Origin: Octopus vulgaris
Taxonomy: Eukaryota
DNA: 64,000 nucleotides
Assembly: GCA_951406725.2 (NCBI GenBank)
Contig: OX597838.1
Coordinates: 29,636,001-29,700,000 of the forward strand
Reading direction: 5' to 3'
Part shown: piece by piece, positions 1-12,300 of the stretch
How positions within the stretch are numbered: the first letter of the stretch is position 1
How the letters are laid out: every line of letters starts with the position of its first letter
Position numbers and translations under genes: made by a program
Notes under the pieces: generated by a model
Database searches by the model: none
What the model was told of the DNA's origin: nothing
What the model saw: the letters and a program-made list of their open reading frames with translations, nothing else

Positions 1-543
1 AACTTTAATACCAGCTACTCCATTCTTCATTTATTATTTATGTGTATGACATTGTCCACCTGTTCCAGCATGAGATCTTATGTGGCTTTTTAGATCAGAC
101 ATACTTTTAAAAAGATGTCCTCATATATTGCACACAAAGTGGTGTCTGATCTTGATGAACTTTGAAATGCTTCCTCAGATTCTTCAGATCTCTTTGAGAT
201 TGGCAAGGGAAACAGGTAGGTATGTTCTAGCACCCACTATGTTCCCTTAAGCACTCCCCACACCTAATCCTCTTAAAACCCATCCCCCCTTATCACTCTT
301 CTAACTACGGCATTACTCTGCTGCTGCAATTACTTGAGAACAGAACTGGCACACATTCACCCCCAACTTCTTTTTGCATTACCAGCTGGCCCCTTCTGCC
401 CTCACTGGAACTGCTTCCTATTAAGTCAACCCTTCCCACACTTTTATTTACTGATCACTGATTTTTAGTTATCTCTGAGCTAGACCGTTCTTGGGAAAAT
501 GAGCCAAAGTAATAAAAGATAGAATGATGACGTCCGAACCAAC

Positions 544-3138
544 CTTTGGTTGCTGTGTGCTGCGATGATGGCCAATTTGTTTGCTGGTTTCATCATGAGA
601 TGGGAGTTGGCAAAAACCAACATGCTGTCTAAATACCGGAATATATTAAACTGTAAAGAAACAAAAACATAATTAATTAATTACGAACAGCATTTGTCAA
701 TCCCTGTGACTCAAATTTGTTACTTCATTAATAATTATTATCATCATCATCATTTAGCATCTGCTTGCCATGCTGGCAATGGTTGGACAGTTTGGCTGAC
801 ACTGGTAAGCTGCACCAGATTGCAATCTGATTTGATATGGTTTCTACTGCTGGATGCCCTTCCTAACGCCAACGACTCCAAGAGTGTAGTGGGTGCTTTT
901 TACATGTCACCAGCATTTGCCATGACTACCGTTTCACTTGGTTTGGGGAGTCTTCACAAGCACAGCATATTGCCAAAGGTTTTGGTCATTTACCATTGCC
1001 TCCATGAGGCCCAACATTCAAAGGGTGCTCTTAACATGCCACTGGCACAGGTGCCTATTATGTGACACCGGCATGGACCACAACTATGGTTTCACATAGC
1101 TTCATGAGTCTTCTCAAGCACAGCATATCACCAAAGGCTTCAGTCACTTCTGATTGCTTCTGTGAGGCCCAATGTTCATAAAAATATTGATTTCAAATTT
1201 TGGCACAAGGCCATCAATTTCGGAGGAGTGGGTAAGTCAATTACGCTGACCCTAGTACACAACTGGTACTTATTTTTATTGCCCCCACCCCCAAGAATGA
1301 AGGACAAAATCAAACTTGGTGGAATTCCAGACATAAAAGTAATGATTTAAAGAATTTGAGAGAAAGAAGGACCAGCAGGTATTCTGAAATGGAATTGGTA
1401 ACAAAGTGGCCCAAGAAGTGATGGCTATATGGTGCAGAACTTGTCAGTAGACCTGATAATAACTCTGTTTGCCAGCAAATGAGGCACCTGTTTTTCACCT
1501 GCAAAACGTAAACAATTCAGAAACAATGTCTGGTCCTGAATGCTTGCAACAGCCTGGGCCCCTGTACTAAAGACCCCCTAAAGGGCCTAAAGATGCATTT
1601 ACACTGATTGAAGAGATTAGGTCAATTAGCTGAAATACACTAAGGTATAAGGAAGCCAGTTTTTTTCTCACCTGTGAGTTTTCTTCAAGAAAACACTGAC
1701 CCCACCATACTGGGTCGGTATCAATAATGACAACCAACAAACTGCATTCAATTTCTATAAGAAAATAAGGAAAAAAAATAGAGTGGCCATTAAAAGAGTG
1801 AAATGAGAATGAGAGACGATAAAACAAATTCACATCATAAGATACTGAAGAGGTATGGAAACATTCATACACACACCCGTGCCGGTGGCACGTAAAAAGC
1901 ACCCACTACTCTCGGAGTGGTTGGCGTTAGGAAGGACATCCAGCTGTAGAAACTGCCAGATCAAGAGTGCAGCCATCTGGTTCGCCAGCCCTCAGTCAAA
2001 ATCGTGCAACCCATGCTAGCATGGAAAGCGGACGTTAAACGATGATGACCTACTGATAGGCAAACTAAATACACACGATCGAAAATTATTGATGACACCT
2101 GTCCAAAGTGGCACACCATGAAATGAAACCTGGAAACACGGTTGCGAAGCGAATTTCCAAACCACACGGTCGTACCTCACAAATAATCTATGGATTTGTA
2201 CAATTTTAAAATTCGTTTTGTATTATTATTCTCAATAAAGATACAACTCCACACATTCTTGCATACACTTTTGCTCCTTGCCACTAAAACGAATTCACAT
2301 TCCTACTTTAAACATAACACAAGTTCACAAATTTAGAAGAACACAGACACTGAAATCAATGCAGTATTTGAGTGGTTCTTATTGTTTCCAAAGGGCCAGG
2401 ACCATATTCCAAACCGAATGCAAATTGTCCTAGCAAAATTGCTCGAGGTTCAGTTCTCATTGCCAAGTTCTTCTCAGAAGTTTCAAATCTCGAGACAATT
2501 CTTTCAACCATATCCTCCAGCAGTAAAAATAAACTTTGTGCTTAAAGTCAGACTTCAACACTTGTGTCCCACCCCAAGATTTACCGATTTTTCTTAGTTA
2601 AGATCCCGTTTATTGCATCTTTTACCTATTCAGAGCGAAAGGTTGCCAATGGTAGCAATGTACTACTAAATTAAGTCCCATCAACTCTATTTATCTCCTT
2701 ACAAAACCTGGCTCTGTTTCTAAATGGATTGACAAATATTCATTAGCGAGTCTGATTATATAAGATGCCATTTTTAATAATTACAGTTCTTGATATTCCG
2801 AGTTCAAATCCAACCGGTGTTAACTTTACCTTCTTCCCTCCAGGGACGATAAAATAAAGTACAGGGGCCGCTTTAATATTCGTATAAAGCATCCTAGATC
2901 AGAGCAGAATTATAGCAGACAAAAAGATAAAAGGCAGAAGGATTCGTAATCGCTGGAAAGTCAACAAAAGTTGTTCCTCATAAGTCCAACCTCTTTTAAT
3001 TAACAACGCTAATTACGAAATGTAAAATTTAAACGAGAACTTTTGTGGGGGTTTTCTACGAATAAAATACCAAATTCTTTTATATCAGATTTAGTAATTA
3101 CGAGAGGGAAGTTAAATAAGCTACTTACCGCTGGGCAT
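544..3138 (-). CDS. GTF2H3: General transcription factor IIH subunit 3 (TFIIH p34), first three coding exons; continues beyond the left edge
   Basis: Exons 3138-3129, 1754-1672, 650-544, all GT-AG with compatible phases. Spliced: MPSEIECSLLVVIIDTDPVWWGQCFLEENSQFNIFRYLDSMLVFANSHLMMKPANKLAIIAAHSNQ, matching the p34/Tfb4 vWA-like N-terminus (LLVIxxDxxPxWWG; NSHLxMxxxNKLAxIA). Confidence 0.93.
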
Positions 3139-3390
3139 TTTCGCGGAAAATCCTTCCGGACTTTCTGGAGACGACTTCACAAGCGAAATGTACACAAAAA
3201 GCGGCGTGGGAATGAAACTAGGTGGATACCGATTGTAACACCGCCACTGATTGGTTAGTATCAGAATATTTATCCAATAGCAACGAATGTTACGGATTCT
3301 TTGGCTGTATGTCCTATTAATTAATTTAGTAATGTGCTTCGCGTGTCTCTCCAACGAAGTCTGTCCTGGAACTTCTTCTCTTGCTGCACA
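3139..3390. promoter_or_regulatory. Bidirectional promoter shared by GTF2H3 and EIF2B1
   Basis: 252 bp between the divergent ATGs (3138 minus, 3391 plus); locally CpG-rich and repeat-free; E2F-like TTTCGCGG near 3139, ETS-like CCGGAAG (minus) near 3153-3159, opposed CCAAT boxes at 3250-3254 and 3274-3278. Motif roles are inferred. Confidence 0.8.
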
Positions 3391-6300
3391 ATGAAGACCA
3401 AAGAAGGTAAGATAAACGTATTAATTAAAAGAAATATAAATATATAAAATGTTAATTTTTTTTCAAACAATTAAGCCATCGATCTAGTTTCTACTCTGTT
3501 GATATATTTTACCTGCTAAAAGGCAATTAAAACTTGTTAATAGCTTTCACCCTTAACAGCTTGCATCATCCTTTCACTTCATTAAACTATGTGTCTGTAC
3601 TATTTCTTCTTGTTCTCTAGTTCCAGCCGTGACCATCCCTTCTACTTCTTTCTCAGGCTGTAGGGTGACGTTTGTAGTGTATCTGAAAGGAATTTGGCAC
3701 TGTTATTCCCAGTGGGTCTAATAACCACTTAGACTGTCCCTCGTATTGTGATTTTGTTGCAGTTTCTGCTTGTTTTTCCTTAGGTTAGGTCACTCATCAA
3801 ATGGACCTATGATCAGAGACGTTCTAGTCATTGCCACCCTCTTTTTTTATCGATACAATTAATTTAATATCAGATTTTGTAATGTATTTAAAAAAAAACT
3901 GGCAATATATGCGTGAGTGGTTGTATGGTAAGTAACTTGCTTACGAACCACATGGTTCCAGGTTCAGCCCCACTGCGTGGCACCGAGTGGATTTGGTAGA
4001 CGGAAACTGAAAGAAGCCCGTTGTATGTTTATATATATATATATATGTGTGTGTGTGTATTTGTGTTCGTCCTCCCTCCATCGTTTGACACCCGATGCTG
4101 GTGTGTTTACGTCCCCATAACTTAGCGGTTCGGCAAAAGTAACCGATAATAAAAGTACTAGGCTTCCAAAGAATAAGTCCTGGGGTCGATTTGCTCGACT
4201 AAAGGCCGTGCTCCAGCATGGCCGCAGTCAAATGACTGAAACAAGTGAAAGAGTAAAAGAAAAAAAAAACAACAGGCAATAGTATGTGAGTTGAGGGATA
4301 TTTAGTTGTTATTTCTGATAGGTTAACCAATCGCAAGTTTTCCCCTTGTCGACTGGTTTCCATTACGGTTGATCCCATACGCAGTTCTATCCTAAGGCAT
4401 GGTTACACTGGGCCCTTGCCCCGGACCCTCACGGGTTTCAGATCCCATTTTGATTTCTGTATGCTGTAGCTTCCAGTCGATGTGAGACGGCCTTGTCTAC
4501 ACATGAAGGATGAGCAGAACAAATAGTTCAGAAGTTCGCTTCGCAATCACTTCATCTCGATTCGATCTCGCTACGTAGCATCTTCGACATACGTTTTCTA
4601 GCATAGCATCGGATGGACTCAAGCCTTGTAATGGAAATTGGGTAGACAGAAACTGTATGGATACCCATCGGGTGGAGTGTACTTGTAATTCAGTGTCCAA
4701 CCTTCTCACACACCCTTACATGTGTCAGTGATACACCCGGCCACTTACCCATTAATTCAATGAGTCGGGTAATTTGGTTGATCGAATCTTCCTCGTCGAA
4801 ATCGACGTTGATCCATTCACTTTCCGGTGTTAGTGTAAATTCTTCACCGAAATGAATTTATAAAGACTTTTGTTGCGTGTGATTTGTATTGTATATTTAT
4901 TACGTCTGAGAATATATACCGTTTTGTGTTCATATCGATGTTTCGGTTGTTTTATTTTGTAACTGGAAAAACAATAAAACTAAAGAACAGCTAAACTTGA
5001 AATATTGTTTTGAAATTATTCTTTTGAAGGATGGTCGGGATTCCTGAAAACTATACCGTTTTGATTTCATATGCATTATAATATTCTTCCCACTTGGTAA
5101 CTGGTCTGCTTTAAGGGTGAATCCTGCTCAGAATGGCGCAATGATTGTGAAGAATATAAAATCTCCCCAGTGAACACAACGGTACAGATTTGTAGTGGGA
5201 GGGAAGTGGACATAGATATGGGCAACGTTTTCCGAGAAGCGGGCCACAGTACTAATAGAATTCAAGGTAATTTTTCGTTAGGTGTGCTTTTCAGGAAGTC
5301 CCTAGTTGCCAATCACTGGGCTATTAAATCTATATTTAAGTATCAATGGTCCCAAGTTTTTGCTGTGAACGAACGCAGATATTCGTTACCGTGTAAATTG
5401 CGCTTTTCTGTGCAACGTATGTACGCATTGCACAGCAACCCATCGTCAATTAAACGAAGGAAAAATTGGATTCTATGTTGAAAACGTGTGCACACATGTT
5501 TTTCTTTTGTACGCCAATTGTAAAATCTGTGTACGGGTGTACAGCCTTGCGAGAGCATCGTCAATATATATATATGTATATATCCTCATCACCATAGTTT
5601 AACGTCCGTTTTCCATGCTAGCATGGGTTGGACGGTTTGACTGGGGTCTGGGAAGCCAGGAGGCCATAGTTCGAAACGTACAGTATTATCCATCACTGCT
5701 AATCTTACCACTTGGTTTCACGCAAGGAATACAATGGAGTGTTAGGTAACAATCCTATTATATAACCTTACGCTCATCAGAGTTATATATATTATAGGCA
5801 TTTACTCTTTTACCTTGTTTCAGTCATTTGACTGTGACCATACTGGAGCACCGCCTTTAGTCGAGAAAATTACCCAGGACTTACTCTTTGTAAGCCTCGG
5901 ACTTATTCTATTGGTCTCTTTTGCTGAACCGCTAAGTTACGGGGACGTAAGTCCTGGGGTCGATTTGCTCGACTAAAGACGGTACTCCAGCATGGCTGCA
6001 GTCAGATGACTGAAACAAGTAAAAGAGTAAGCACCAAAAAATTAGATAAATGTTGAATTATAATTAAATTATGATTAATTAAATTATAATTATTATATAC
6101 CTGCCATATTCTATAGGCACAGGTGAGACTACGTGGTAATAATATGTTAACATCCCAACTACCTGGTGAACAGGTTTGGTAGATGGAAACTTAAAGAAGC
6201 CCATCATGCGTGTGTGTGTGTCATCTTGACATTTCCTGTATTCTACAAAAACGTGTCTAACGAGGGAGAAATATTACCTTGCTTGGAAACAGACACATTT

Positions 6301-9300
6301 TGGCAACTTGAAAGGCATCCAGCCATAGAAAACCTGTCTTGGTAAACTCCTGTCTGACCCATTCAAGCATGGAAAAATGGATGTTATGATGATCACGATT
6401 ACTTTTGGGGGCATTTTTGATAATAGCTGCAAAATTTGTGGGTTTTTGTAAGATAAAAAAAGAAAAAAATGCCATGAACATCATCATTACTATCATCATG
6501 ATGAAAGCCATAAAATTTTAAGGGGGTTTTTTTTCCATCCCCCCAGTGTTTATTTATTTATTTTCTTTTTTTGTTTGTTTGTTTCTAATTGTTTCTGTTA
6601 TTCTCTCCATCAGACATTCTCAAATATTTTGATGAAGGAATCCGAAATGAACCGGAAAATTCTACTGCTGTAGCAGCTGTGAAGACTTTACTTGAAATCG
6701 TCAAAGGAAGTGATGGTAAATTGCTTTCTTTCCTTTTCCTAACACAACATTTCGGCTGATATACCCTCCAGCCTTCATCAGGTTGTTTTGTGGAATCAGG
6801 TGTCTTGAGGAATGAGAACACCAGTTCGAAATTTCCCCCAAGACACCTGATGAAGGCTGAATAATAATAATAATGATAATAATAACAACATCAAAAAATA
6901 CCTTAGGAATGAGAACCCAGGTTTGAAATTTCCCCAAGACACCAAAAGAAGGCTGGAGGGTATATCAGCTGAAACGTTGTGTTAACACCAAACAAGATGA
7001 CAAATATCTGTCAAATGTCACTTGATCACTTTGACCGACCAGTCCGTCCGTCAGGCGTCCATTTGACACCGCTGGTCACAGCACGCTGTCCACTCCTCTC
7101 TGGATCGCGCCTTTCTCATCCACGTGATCCCAATCGTCCTCTTGAAATCGTCACTCCACCGTCGTGGAGGTCTTCCAGGTGGTCTTTTACGCTCACGCGG
7201 GTACCACTCGATATCTGCGTGCGTCCACCGATTATCGGTGAGCCGTGCGACGTGTCCAGCCCATCTATACTTGCTGCGAGTATACTCTGCGATGACATCT
7301 CTCACGCCGGACTTCTTTCTGATGATCTTGCTACTTATGTGCTCTCTCAACGAGATACCAAACATTGACCTTTCCATGGCTCTTTGAGCCGTTATCAGTC
7401 TTTGCTCTTATCTCTTTGTCAAATGTAAATAATGTAAACCAATCTCTAATCTTCATTTTTTTAATCTTTTATTTTTTTATTTTCTTTCAAGCCACCACAT
7501 TAACTGAACTGTTACGAAGTCTAGAAGATGCAGAGAAATACCTCGATGTACGGGATGAGAATGGAATATCAGTGCGTTCTGCTTGTCAGTTATACCTTCG
7601 CTTCATTACATTTACTTCATTAGAATTCCAGGTAAGTTCATCAAAGATTTCCATGTTTATTTATTTATTAATTTTTTATTTTTTTTGTATTTCTCCAAAA
7701 ACTTGGTGTGCGAAATTATCGGAAATGACTGGTCCAGTGGAGAACAGGGGCCAGAAATCAATTGTTCGTCTGAATTATATCAGATGTCTTGGGTCCATAA
7801 AATCGCTGGTTCCAAATGTGGTGGGGAGGTACCATTTCTGCTGGTGGGGCAGGGGTAAGGGTAGGCAATGGGAAATTTTAAACAGGGATGAAGGGTCGGT
7901 GCCTACATAGTTGTACAGGGGTGTTAAAAAATTCTATATGTGGCTGAAGATTGCTCAACATTTTAAAACTGATGTAATACTTAGAGTGTTTAATAAAATG
8001 AAGTAGCATGAAACGATTGTACTACACTACCTTGGCTATCCTTGTTGCTTATTTTGATTATAATCACTCCATTTGATTTATATGGATAATACCATACCAA
8101 ATTCTGGTGCCTTTAACTTAAGTACCATATTCATCTGAATCACGTGAGCATGGGAGGAGTGAGAGAGAGAGAGTGACAGAGTAATAGGATAGAATAGTGG
8201 GAGAAGAGGAAGTAAAAGAATGAGAGGGGAAAAAGAGATAAAAACGAAAGAGAAAAGAGATTGTATGGAGTGTGCATTAGAATTATTAAGATAAAAGTTA
8301 CTTGGAAGAGGACAAGATTCCTGGTGGTTTGCTGTGCTTGAAAAGACACGTCATGCTAAGTGAAAGCGTAGTTGCCCTTGCATAGAGGCTCGTCCCCTGA
8401 AACCCTCTCCAGCTGAGCATCCCTAACCTTGCGGGCTTGTAGGTGCTGGTGCCACATAGAAAGCACATGTGCCAGTGCCTCGTAAAAGCACCCAGTACAC
8501 TCTGTAAAGTGGTTGGTTTTAGGAAGGGCACCAAGCTGTAGAAATCATGCCAAAACAGACATAGAACCTGAACAGCCCTTCAGCTGGTCAGCTCTTCTCG
8601 AACCATCCAACCCATGCTGGACGTTAATTGATGATGATGATGATATATAAATCTCTGTTGATTCACCAGAAGTAATAAATTACAGGACTCAATACAAGTG
8701 TAGGATACTCTTTAATACATTATAACTGAAAGGCTCCAGTTTGCAGTAGTCTGGGTGAATATTCAGAGGAAAACCAGGCTTGGTTTAGTGGCTGATGATC
8801 AGAAATGAGCAATTTGGAGGACTTGAAATCAGAGGCTTTCAATTATAATGTGTGTGTGTGTTACCATCAATTAACATCTTCCTTCCATGCTGGCATGGGT
8901 TGGACAGTTCAACAGGAGCCTACACCAGACTTCTGTGACTGTTATGGCAGGATTTTTACTGCTGGATGCCCTTCCCAACACCAACCACTCAGCAGAGTGG
9001 ACTGAATGCTTTTTATGTGGCTCGGGCGAGGTCAGTTTTGACAGAGTTTTTGCAGTTGAGTGTCCTTCCAAATGCCAACTACTTTACAGTGTGGACTGAA
9101 TGCTTTTAAGTGGCACCAGCACTAGCTGGATCGCCAAAGAACTTTGCAAGACAAAAAGGGGAGGTGGGGGCATTGGAGGAGGTGATCATGTATCAGGTAA
9201 TGAAAGGTTTGAATGTGACAGAGAGACAGAAACAGGTGTTTTGCTGTAGAGAAGGTATAAGGTTACCTGGCCAGAGAGAGAGAGAGAGTAATCAAGAATG

Positions 9301-12300
9301 AGGACAAAAACTGGTCCTGCATTTTGTGGTGAAATGTTACCTTGCTTAGAAACAAGCAAAGGTTGGCAACAGGAAAGGCATCCGAGCAGAGAAAATTTGC
9401 CTCAAATTGCATCTGGACCTTGCAAGCATGAAAATGCGGATCTTAAAATGATGTAATTTTTCTCTTCAGTTTTCATTTTTATTTAAGATTTCAAGATTTC
9501 TTTCTGCTAAATTAAAGGATTTCCAAGAATGCCGTAGACGATTAGTTGAGCGTGGAGAACTGTTCTTGGAGAAGGTGACCAAATCTCGTGACAAGATAAG
9601 CAAATTGTGCAAACCTTTTCTTCGGGATGGAATGGTAAGTCTGAACTTATATATATATATATATTATACATACATACTGCTTGAGAAGACCTGTTGAGGC
9701 AAGTGAAATCATTGTCGTGGTCAATGCCAGTGCTGCCTGACTGGCACTTGTGCTGGTGGCACGTAAAAAGCACCCACTACATTCTCGGAGTGGTTGGCAT
9801 TAGGAAGGGCATCCAGCTGTAGAAACCTTGCCAGATCAGATTGGAGCCTGGCACGGTCTCCTGGCTTGCCAGTCCTCAGTCAAACCGTTCAACCCATGCC
9901 AGCATAGAAAGCAGACGTTAAACGATGATGATGATGATGATGATACATATATGGCAAAACAGGCTCAGAAGTCTGGTGTAGTCTTCTGCCTGGCAGGTTC
10001 CTGTCAGACAGTCTAACCCATTCCAGTGTGGAATGCTAAGCACTTTGCCCGACATGCTTACAACTCTGCCAGCTCACCATCTTAACCAGAAGAAATATTG
10101 CAAGGAATTTTGTCTGAAGTTCTTCCATGCAAATGATTGATTTCTTATCAATTGGCACCTGTGCCAGTGGAACGTAAGAAGCACCATTTTAGTGTGATCG
10201 TTGCCAGTGCTGCCGGACTGGCTCCCGTGCCAGTGGCACATAAAAAGCACTGTTCGAGTTTAGTCAATGCTAGTGCCGGCTGACTGGTCCCGTGCCGGTG
10301 GCACGTAAAAAGCACTATTGAAGGGCCTTGATGTTCGCCGGTAAAGTTGAGGGAATTTGACTGCTATTTCTAGCAGGTCAAATGACTATGTAAAGGCTCT
10401 TTCATATGACAGTTGTAAGTCTTGTTGCTTAGCAACCAAGACAATTCTGAGTGAAGGAGGTTTTTTTGCTGCTTTTTTAGCAGGACGAGTGACCACAAAA
10501 TCTCCTTCCCATGATAGTTGTCAGTCTCATTGGTTTACAACCAAGTGATTGAAGGAGATTTTGGCTGCTGTTTCTAGCAGATCAAGTGGCCACATAAAAG
10601 CTCCCTTATAAGACAGATGTCATTAATTTGTTGTTTAGCAAGCAGGGCAACTCTAACTGAGAGAAGTTTTAACTGCTTTTTCTAGCAGGTCAAATGACTG
10701 CACACAGTCTCTCTCACTTTACAGTTGTTAATCTCAGCAACCAATTGATTGAAGGAGATTTTGGCTGCTATTTCTAGCAAATCAAGTGGCTACCTAGAGG
10801 ATGCCTTATCAGTTCATTGAGGAAATGGCAGGGTTGCGTTCTGACAGTTTGTGTGAGTATATATGTATGGACAGCACAGTATTTAAAATAATCCCTCTTT
10901 CATGTGTCTCCCTATTCTCCATTCCACAGACTATACTCACCCATTCTCGGTCCCGTGTAGTGCTACAAGTCCTGAAGGAAGCAGCCCGCGACAAGAAGCG
11001 TTTCAATGTGTTCGTCACAGAATCAAGGCCAAACGAAAGCGGGTAAAAACAGTTTCTCTTTAACTGTTTTAATACTAATTCTACCATTACAAAAATAGTT
11101 CCATGGATAACTTCCGTTGCACCTTATATCAGTACAAACATCTGGTGTCTTATCAAGAACGGCAAATTAGTTTTTGACCTCCATCTAAAGCTACATGAGG
11201 AAAAGAGGAAAGAAATAGTTATTATCAGTTTTTGAGTTATTAAAGGAGAGATGAAGGGCTCTCAGAAGATTTTGTAATTTCTAAATAATGTATTTTCCAG
11301 CACACAAGTCATTGTAGTACATAGTGAAAACATATGTAAACATTCCAAATTTGTCGCTATTTTTCCAAATTCTGCTACATTTCACATGGAATTTTTGGTC
11401 CTCCCAAAGTCGTCTCGGTGTATAAGTTGACCCAGGGGTGGACTGCGAGTATCAAGGGCCCTATGGCATAACTTTACCGGGCTCCTTTGAATGTGTGTTT
11501 TGGTAGAGTTAACATGTAGTGTGGAGGCTCCTCGGAGCTCCAGGCCCTCGGGCAGTGCCCGAATGACCGACGGCTCAGTCCACCCCTGACTTGAACTCCC
11601 TCATACAAATTGATGTTGTATCCAGTGTAAACATTCAAACATTGTCATTCATTATCATCGTTATCATCCTCTAGCATCCGTTTTCCATGCTGGTGTGAGT
11701 TGGACGGTTTGACCAGAGCTGGCAAGCCAGAGAGCTGCAGCAGGCTTCTGTCTAATTTGGCTTGGTTTCTATGGTTGGATGCCCTTTTTACGTGGCGCCA
11801 GCACCACATGACTCTTGCAAGCCAATCCTCCTTAGCATGGGGAACAGCCTTAATACTTCTGCTGTGAAAGATGGGTCTTCTTGTGTACAGCAATCATCAT
11901 CATCATCATTTAACGTCCGTTGTCTATTCTGGCATGGATTGGACGGTTTGACCAGGGCTGGCATGCTGGAAGGCTGCACCAGACCCCAGTCTGATTTGGC
12001 ACGGTTTCTACAGCCAGATGCCCTTCCTAACGCCAACCACTCCAAGTGTGTAATGGGTGATTTTACATTTTTACATGCCACCAGCACAGGTGCCATATGC
12101 ATGACACTGGGGTGTCATTTGCGTGCCACCTGTATCTGCCACGACCGTGATTTTGCTTGGTTTGATGGGTCTTCTCAAGCAGTCTAATTCAACATGGTTT
12201 TCTATGGCTGGGTGCCCTTCCTAATACCAACCACTCCAAGAGTGCAATGACTGCTTTTACATGCCACTGGCACAGGTGCCATTTGTGTGGTGCCAGGTGT

